Under the pieces are notes generated by a model. The model was given only the letters and a program-made list of their open reading frames with translations. It was not told the DNA's origin and searched no databases. A stretch of 45,423 bases of DNA from a virus (Duplodnaviria; Caudoviricetes), in the IMG/VR virus record IMGVR_UViG_3300030106_005823, positions 1 to 45,423 of that record, one strand, 5' to 3'. How positions within the stretch are numbered: position 1 is the stretch's first letter; the number at the start of each line of letters is the position of its first letter. Positions 7,896 through 16,800 of the stretch are shown one piece after another. Both the position numbers and the translations under genes were made by a program.

Positions 7896-10800
7896 TCAGT
7901 TCTCCGTTCCGTCGCGTCCGGTCAAAACGCCTTGCAAGATGTCCAGGGCATTTTCAGGCGCAGCCTTACCCTCTTGGACCTTAATTCCATAGGTAAGTGG
8001 CTTAGTCAGCCAATTGGCAGGTATTCCTGCATAGAGCGCGATACCTGTCAAAGCGCCGCGTGCAATTTTGTCGGGCTTCTGTACTTCGCCTTCGACAGTG
8101 CTTTGAATTATTGCAGATACACCCGCGCCAACTTGCTCGACAGGCCCAATGACTGGGGACACACTAAGTTTGTCGTCCCAGGTTTGGCTAGTCGTCGCAC
8201 CCTGAAGCATTCCGATGACAGCGCTGCCCCCTGGCACTGCGCCGGCAATAAATTTGAGCTGAGAGAAAACCAGCAGATTTGCAAGTTTAGCCGCTAATTC
8301 GAGGGGCTCATCGTCCTCAAGGTCGTCGAAGTCTCCGCGCGCAGCCATTGACATGGCCTCAGCAATTACAGCCGGCAGCATAATACCAACGGCGTACAAG
8401 TACATCAGCTTGTGAGGGCGAGAAAACCCGTGCACCTCTTTCTCAACTCCAAACGCCGTTAGGTTTAAGTTGTACATCGCGTTGAAGTACGTGATGAACT
8501 TGGTGGCTACTCGCCACAATGGATTGCCCACTTCCATAGCTGCAACATCCGAAGCATCCATTGCAGCTTGAGTCTGACGCACTACTCCATCTGCCCATTC
8601 TGCAGCGGCTGTGTCGGCTGCGATGCTGGCATCCTCTTCAGTTTTGCCAAGCGCTACCGCGGCATCGTATGCGAGGCGCCATTGCCCGTTGTTGTAAAAC
8701 ACACGTTCAGCCGAACTCCACACTGCAATGTCCATCCAGTTCTGAAGACCTTGCTGCATGATATAAGCGTGTTTATCGCCAAATGCCCGCGACCTTTCTA
8801 TTGGGGTAGGGTCTAAAAGAAAGTCGCGAACAGTACGCGCGGCCTCATCAATACTATTGTCCAGGCGGACAGCCATATAGGGGGAGCGGCCTTGGATGTA
8901 TTCAAACAGGTTATTGCGATCAGTTATGGCGCGGAATACTCCCTGCAGTACCTCACCAGGAGGCAGCTGCACCATGGAGCTGAGGAAACCCGTTACCTGC
9001 TGTGCGACGTTTATGATGTTCGCAAACATGTAGTGCTTGCCGACCGCGCGGTTTAGGTTGTTAATGCGGCGGTCCCAGTCCTTACCCATATCGCTAGTCT
9101 TTACGGTTTGCTGACGCGCAACCCGCTCTAACCACGGCACCAACATATACCGCACAGCATCAGGTGCTGTGCGATGGTGCATCTTTGTAAAGCGCTTGTT
9201 CATCACCAGCCGCCCGACGTTTCGTACAGTCGGCGCAAAGTGAGTGAACTTTAATACGGTGTCGAAATGCACCGGCAAGAGCGTCAGGTCCAGCAGCAGG
9301 GGCTCGTTATAACTTTCGATGCGCTGGTTGGTGAACCCTTTTTCTGCACCCGGCAAAGCGTTTGCGCCGCCCCTCTCAACCAACCCATCCAAGTCAGCGT
9401 TGAAGCCGGCGTCCGGATTCATCATTGCATCGCTAATGGCCGGAACGTAGCCGCCCCTGTAGCTACCGAACGGCGTCTGCAGTTCTGTTGGTTCAATCTC
9501 CGGAAAGTACCGACCAAACGCCCGCTTGTGCGCTTCTTGAGCTGCAGGCTTCATTTGCTCGGCCATATCCCACAACTTCTGCACAAGGTCCATGTCAGAC
9601 TTTGTCAGTACCTCTTCGCGGAACATGCGGTCCAAGAAGCTGCGCCACTGGGTGTCATCCACCGTACCGTCTTTGCGTTGGCTGCCCCACGGCCTCGCTA
9701 CTGCCTCGTCGGCGTCCATTTGTCCGCCAAGCAAAAGCTTCCGCAAGTTCGACTCGTTACCAGAGTGCAGTACAGCGTGCAGCAGCTCAGCCTTGTTCTT
9801 AAACTCCCAACCAATTTCTGGAGCAGCTATAGGCTTCCACTGCATCCACACTTCAGCGTGCTCACTTAACGTCTGCATTAGTTGCTTGATGGTGACGCTC
9901 TGCGCTGTCTTATACGCCGTCACCGCCCGCGTTATCGGGCGCACTATGTATTGGGTGTACGGCCCCTCCGGGTTGCCGTTATCCATGCGTACAGCCCAAC
10001 TTTCGACACGACGCATTTGCATGCTGAAAGAATGATGCAGCGCGCGGCGCTCTCGTTCTTTGCGGTCGATGCTGCTGCCCAACTCTGAGTCGGTGCTACC
10101 TTGGGGCAATCGTGAAGCGTTTAGGCCGTCCATCTCGTCATACACTTCGTTGAAGTGAATGCGCCGCCCATCGATAAGCATGCCTGCAGCGTCGCGGGCT
10201 TCAGCTAACGTCTCATCTACTATCTCGATAATTTCAGAAAGCTCAGAGTACGTGAGCAGTTCCCAAGTGGAAGCCTCTTTGCGTGGAGCACTAGTCCTGG
10301 CCTCAGCCGTAGACAAGAGTGCTTCAGCTGTCCGTTCACGGAAAGCTAGTGCTGCAGAGGTATCACCTCTAAGGCGGTCAGCCTGCTCCACCGGCACGGC
10401 TGCCTTGGACTGCCCGATGTCCATGCGCCCCAAGATGAAGCGTACGGTGTTGAAGATGTCCAGCTCGTAGCGCGTGGCAAGCCGCTTGTCGCTGGATCGG
10501 TTTAACCGCTTAAACCGGGCAATAGTTTTCTCGCTACGTTCTTGGGCCGCTTGGACAGCACGCGCCAGTTCGATGTGAACCAACTGCTGCTCCATTGCCT
10601 GAATGGCTGCGTCCACGTCGCGCTTAGCAAGGGCGCTTTGAGCGCGCTTGGCGTAGCGCAGCGCAGCGGCCCTGTACTTCTGAGGGGTCAACTCTAGTAC
10701 CCGCATACTGCCAACTTGCTGGGCCGCGGCGTCGCGCGCCGCCTGGACGTCGAGCTGTCGTACCAGCTCCCTGTACTTTTTGCCTGCCGCAACTTGCGCG

Positions 10801-13800
10801 CGCCGCTGCGGGCGGTTGCCAGCTTGGATGGCTTCGGCAGCTAAGGCCTCGCCTTGACCTGCAGGTGTGTCTAAATCGGCCTGTGCGGCCTCTGTGGCGG
10901 CTTTATCTTCTGAGGCAGTGGTAGGTACACCCTCTTGCTCTGCGCGCCTCTGAGCGGCGTTTTCGAGCGACTGACTAGTCAGTGAGCGTAGAATGCGCAG
11001 ACGCAGCGCAACAAGGTCGGCCTCTGCATCTGCATCAACAGACTCCATCGCGGCCTCCTGCAACGTAGCAGGGTCCATTTTGGTGCCAAACTCAGCTTGG
11101 AGCCGCTGCTCCACCCGATTGCGCACTATTTGCGCTTCGGAGAAATGAGGGTTGGTCAGGTCGTCAATCATCGCCGCGCCGCTTTGGTACCCAGTAATAG
11201 CGGCTATAGCATCAATACTGTATTCGCCCTGCTCACCTTTCTTAGTGAGTGTCTTGCTAAGCATCCGCCTAACTGCATCTTTACCGTACAGAGATTCCAT
11301 CTCGGCCCGGTCTATTTTTGCGTACTGCTCGGTGCCGTCCGGTGCGATACCTTCGCGCAGCCAACGGCGGACTACATAAAGCGGCTCATCTGCAAGGGCT
11401 GCAGTTTCTTCCTCGGTGTACTTTTCCCTGGCAGCTTTGTACTCGGCAGTCAGCCGCTGCTTTGACGCTTCTGCTTGTTTTTCGATAAGTTGGCTGCGAG
11501 CTTCGACGTCGGCGTCAGCCGCGGCCTGCTTCAGCGCTTCACGCTGGGTTGGGTTCAAGTACGGGTCCAGCGTTGCGCTGATGCCGGCATCCTCTGCCGC
11601 CCGTGCTTCGGCAATGGCTTCCTGCGTAGCAAGCAGCTGGTCCATAACGTCGCGCACTTCAGGCGTCAGGTTTACGTTCAGTCGGGATAGACTGGAATAA
11701 ATTCTGCCCATCCAGCTAGCAAAGTTAAGAAACGCCCGCTTGAGCCCTTTACTCGGCGAGCGCCCTTCCCCCAGGTACTGCTCAAATCCGCGCGCCCATT
11801 GCTCATGGAACCCGATCTCAAGGACTGCGCCCCACTCCACTGAGCCGTCCATAAATCCGTCGGCCACCTGCTCCATGTAGGCGACCCCGCCGTTAGCCTC
11901 CGCGTGGTCGATGGCCGTCTTCATCAGGTCAGCACGCTCGGTGTTACCCGCCTTGCGAGCGGCGCGCTCCATCTTTTTCATGTCGGCAAGTGCTGACTTG
12001 GCGTTCTTCTTGAACCAACCCTGCACCCCGGCCATCTGCTCAGCGACGCGCTTGGCACCGTCTTCACTCAAGCGCGGGTCACTTTGCATCGCGTGCAGCT
12101 CATGCAGGAAGAAGTGACCTGACTCGTGCAGGAAGGTCGACAGGTTAGCGTCCTCAGAAAGTTCGATGATGTTGCTGATGTCGCCGTAGTAGTTGCGCTC
12201 GCGCAAGTAAGCGCCGCGCGCCGACCTTTGCTCTGGGCCAGCGGGCTGGAAGTAAATGTCAGCGTTGTTTGGGTCGAAAGTGCGGTTGCTACCGTCGGCA
12301 ACCTTAAGCTGCGTCGGCTCGAACACGGCTAAGTTTTTCGCGCCGCCCTCGGTTACCTGGATCGAGTCGTACCCCAGCTCCTTGATACGTTCAATAACGT
12401 TGTCTGCTTCGATTAATTCCCAGTTGCTGCTGCCCCTCAGTACGTCATCGAGTAAGTCCTCACGGTCGACGTTGGGGTTATTGGCCTGCAGTAGGTCGAT
12501 AATCTGCTCAACTTGCGCTGCAGACGTAGAGTCAAACGGTTGCTCCGCCTTGACGTACAGAGGCAGAATTTTGTGCTGACTCGTGTCGTCAGGAAAGCGC
12601 GCCTGATAATTGGCGAAATACTGCGCGCCTTCTTCTGTAGGAGAGATGAAGTACAGCGGGTTCTTAGCGTTGGATCTGAACTGCCGGAACTCGGCATCAG
12701 TGCCGTGGTACATAACCTTGGGCCGGCCAAAGACGTCTTTTGCCTTCGACCGGCCAAACCACTTAGTGAACGCTGCGCGCGTCTCCCGCTCGTACGGGGA
12801 CGCCAGTGCGGGGAGCTGCTCTAGCGCCAGGGCTCCGGTAGGTCTTGAACCTGATCTTCCACGGGCGGGTTGTCGTACGCCACCATCAGGTAGTTTTCTT
12901 TCGTAAGAGGTACGCCCGAGATGTGCAGCCGCTCCAGTATCGGATACTGGCGTAGGAGATCCGGGGTCGGCTGGAGCGTAGTCGAGGATTCTCTTACGCG
13001 CTTGCGCTGGGCTGATGGTGCCATTGTCTACCTCTCGCCAGATGGCTTCGACGTCTTCCAGAGCCTCCGTGCTCTTCCATTCCCTGGGGAACATTTCGCG
13101 CACCGCTTCCCACGTAACGCTCTGAAGCTCACGGGGCAGGATGCCAAGGTCTGCAGCGGCTTTGCGATAAGCCTCTGCGTATACATTATACAGGCCGATG
13201 AAGCCCGTGTGTGCGTTGGCCGGTGTACCAAAGTTGGCCTCTACTTGAGGGGAGCTGATGCTCAGCGGCATAAGGAACGCAGCGGCAATAGCGTGCGTGT
13301 CCATGGTGACATCACCAGCATCGCTGTCAGGGGCAATGATGTTGTTGTAGAACGAACGCACCTTGTGGTTCGCCCCGAGCGCTGAGCTGATGTTCGACCG
13401 GTCGGACGCTTGGGTAATCACCTGCAGGGCTTTGATGATGTTGGCGACGCTTTGCACCTTAAACTTGGCCGGTGCCCCATTTTTCTTCCGCACCCAATCG
13501 GTGAAGTTTCCGGTGGGCGACAGAGATCGAAACTTCAGGTCCTGCATACCTTCGATGTATGCGCGTACCCACAAGGCCTGCATATACACGTCACCGTCGA
13601 AGTCACGCAGCGTTTTACCGCGCAGCAACTTCTTGTCTCTGCGCTGCTGTGAGTTGGCCTTGTTCCACCATGCGATGGTGTTGGTGGCCTTGTCCATTTC
13701 GGAAGACCATACGGTGTCCTGGTGCTGCGTCCAAATGTCGAGCAGCCGCTCTGCGTGACTGACGTTCTGGAACCAATCAGTGCCTGGAGACAGCACGGCA

Positions 13801-16800
13801 ATGACCGCCGTCGATTGCTCTTCGCTAAAGTTGTAGCGCGTTGCGAACGATCTCGAAACACGCTTTGCACCGTTGTACCAGCGCCGTGTCTTGGCGCGGT
13901 GCGACTCGGGCACGCTGTTGTAGAGCCACTTCAGGTTGTCAGACGTACGCCGAATTACCGCGCTGAGCGCGGCATTGGTGGTCATGCCCGGCCGCGCCCC
14001 CGAACCTGGATGAACATCAGACATCAGCAGCTCAGCTGCCTTGTCCTTCCACTCATCAACGATTCTCCTCAGCCCCTTAGTTGGTACTGATTTGAACCCC
14101 GCATTGAGCTGCGGGTAGCCGAGCGCGTCCTCCATCTCAAAGCCTTTGGCAGAAGGCACGCGTGTAGACACCCGTGCACGCTCAGCTTGAGCTTTCCCGC
14201 GGAGCAGCGCCGGGGACTGCTCTAGTGGTATAATTACGTCCTGACTGGAGGACTCATCTATGACCCCTGAAGAGCTGATTGCGTCGGCATCCGAGCTGAT
14301 GTCTGTCGAGGGCATCCCTGTAGCGGTGCTGTCTCCTGGCGTCGCCTGGAGATTGGATACTGCCCCGCCTGAACCGTACAGCTGGGCAGACGCTATGAGA
14401 AACGGCGGCATTGTGTCGAGAGACATGTTCTCGAACTTAGTAACCAACCCACTTAGCACAGGCTCGGAAGCCGCGATCGAAATGGCGTTGCCCTTCACTA
14501 ATTCGCTGAGAGCGCTCAAGTCCTGAGAATCAGGGTCTACGTCCGCTAGACCCTCATACAATTTCTCCTGTGCTGCTTTCGCTGCTTTGGCAGCCTCCAC
14601 TGGCGTGTCGGTGTGCCGCTCTATTTCGTAGAAGGCATGCCCGAACTCTTTACCCACCAGCAGCGACGGAATGTTGATTTGAATCTCAGCGGCAATGCCG
14701 TTGAAGTCAATGACCGCCTTGATGTCCCGGTAGCCTGGGCCGTCTTCTAGCAGCGAAGTGCGGACGGTTTCCGGATACACGGTGTACAGTTCGTTTAAGG
14801 TATTCCATGCATCCTGAGCATCTTCAATAGTGCGCACCACAATGGTCGAGCGCAGCATGTCCTTGAGCTTGGCGGGGTCACCTTTGTAGTCAGCGGCAAT
14901 CTTCTCGGTTGCACGCTTGCGCCCTTTCAGACCGGCAACCCCAGCGACGCCTTCCACGGCAGCAGCCAGCTGCTCGATAGCGTCCTTGTAGGCGTCATAG
15001 TTCAGAACAGACAGAAGATACATCGCGTCTAGACGCCGCTCCTGTTCCGGCTCTAGCTTGACCTCAGAACGCTCGAACGCAGGCTTAGCTAGTTTGGCAA
15101 GCCGTGTGCGCTCAGCTTCTGGGAGCACGTCAAACGCGTTGTCGACCATATCCAACGCCGCTTGCAGGATGCCGTCTGGTCGCACCACAGCGTCGAGGTT
15201 TAACACTCGCACCGTACCATCGGGAGCGCGGAGCCCAACCGCTTCCGCGTCCCTCAGATACTCCTGCACCGCGGGGTCTTGTAGCACTGCATTGATGTCG
15301 GCCGTGCCCTCTTCACCGAAGAGTTCGGTGAACACGTTTTCCAACTCAGCAAAATCCAGCAACCGCCCCCTGACCATTACGGGTAGCTTCCCGTCCTCTA
15401 CCTCTGCTACTGGGGTAAGCACTCCAGGGGTGTCCTGAAGGAACTGCGCGACCGCACCTTCGGCATCGCGAACCAGCGTGTCGAGCGTGCGCTCAATTTC
15501 AGATGGCAGGCGTACAGGCGCGTCAATACCGCCGCTGCGCAATGTGAGGTTCTGCTCGAAGAACAGCTGCTCCGCGGTGACATTGTCCTCGTACAGCTCG
15601 GCCATCGCGTTGTAGCGACTTTCATACAGCTCAGCCTGACTAGCGGCCTGGGACCGGGTCTGCCCCGCGTCCATCAGTGCTTGGCTGACTGCGTCGAAAA
15701 TGGGCCGCGCTTCAGGGTCTGCTTCAACAGCGGCTTCAGCTTGAGAGACGCGTTCTGCGATAATGCTTTCGTTTTCTTCTATAAGCGCTCTGGCCTCGGT
15801 GCTTGTGTAGTCTCCGACGGCCAATCGTATGTGGTCTGCGAGGCCGGTAAAGTCGGCCTTTTCCAACATAAGCAGCCCACTCATCTGCACTTGCACGTCA
15901 GCACCAGGGCTTATAGATTCAAGGTCGACGCCCAACTGCTGCAGCACCTCAATCCCTTCTTGGCCTTGCGACAGTAACTCTTGCACGCCTTCGCTGCTGA
16001 GCAATACATCATCGTCTTGATTCAGCTCAGACAATAACTCACGCATTGTCTCGGGTGACCGCTCAGTCAACTTAGCAGCGGCGACCTGTTCTTGCGCCTT
16101 TGCCAATCTTTTAGCGCTACGCAACCCATCAAGCGCCTGCTGCATCTGATTGCGCTGCCACGCAAGGGGAGACATTAGCGTCGACATTTGAGTGCCGGCG
16201 ATACCCCCTACAACACTCGCGTCCGCAATGGAACGAAAGAACTGCCCCCCAGTCATTTCTTGGTCGGCAACGCCAATCATGTAGGCGTTGTCTATAGTTT
16301 GCAGTAGGCCTTCTTGTATCGACTCAGCGCCAAAAGATTTTAATATGCTTTTAAGCGCGCCCCCTTTCGGGTCGGTCAAGATGCCCAGCGGTATTTTTTC
16401 AGTAAGCACTTCTAGCAAACCAAATAGAGTTGCCTCTCCCAACGCCTGCTTTTCAGAAAACCCGCGTGCTCTAGCGTCGTAATAGCGAGAACCGGTGGCT
16501 TGAGCCCCCATGACAGAACTTCCCAGCCACGGGTTACGCGTTAACAAACCGACTAGGACGCCCGGCGTCATTTGGGCGACGGCAATAGTGGCGTCAGCGA
16601 CGTAACGCGCGAAAGTGTCCGGGTCCATTTGTGACTGCAACTGTTTCAGTTCGCGGTCAACGATATCGGCTTGAAACGCTATTTCCTTTAGCCTAGACGC
16701 CTTTGCTTCTTTCAGCTCTTTGTCAATAGCAGCAGAAAGATATTCTCTTTGAGCCGCGGCGTTAGGAAGTGAGTCGTACTCGAATTGCTCATCCCTTGAT

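Noticed and set aside
10970-10983. Palindrome ACTGACTAGTCAGT as a functional operator
   Set aside because: Lies deep inside the giant ORF with no adjacent promoter elements; may be chance, although it resembles the 12-mer motif
12068-12906. A nested immunity gene for the ART domain
   Set aside because: Overlapping ORFs here (12068-12301, 12256-12579, 12437-12757, 12610-12906) lack a convincing RBS and overlap conserved coding sequence rather than a linker
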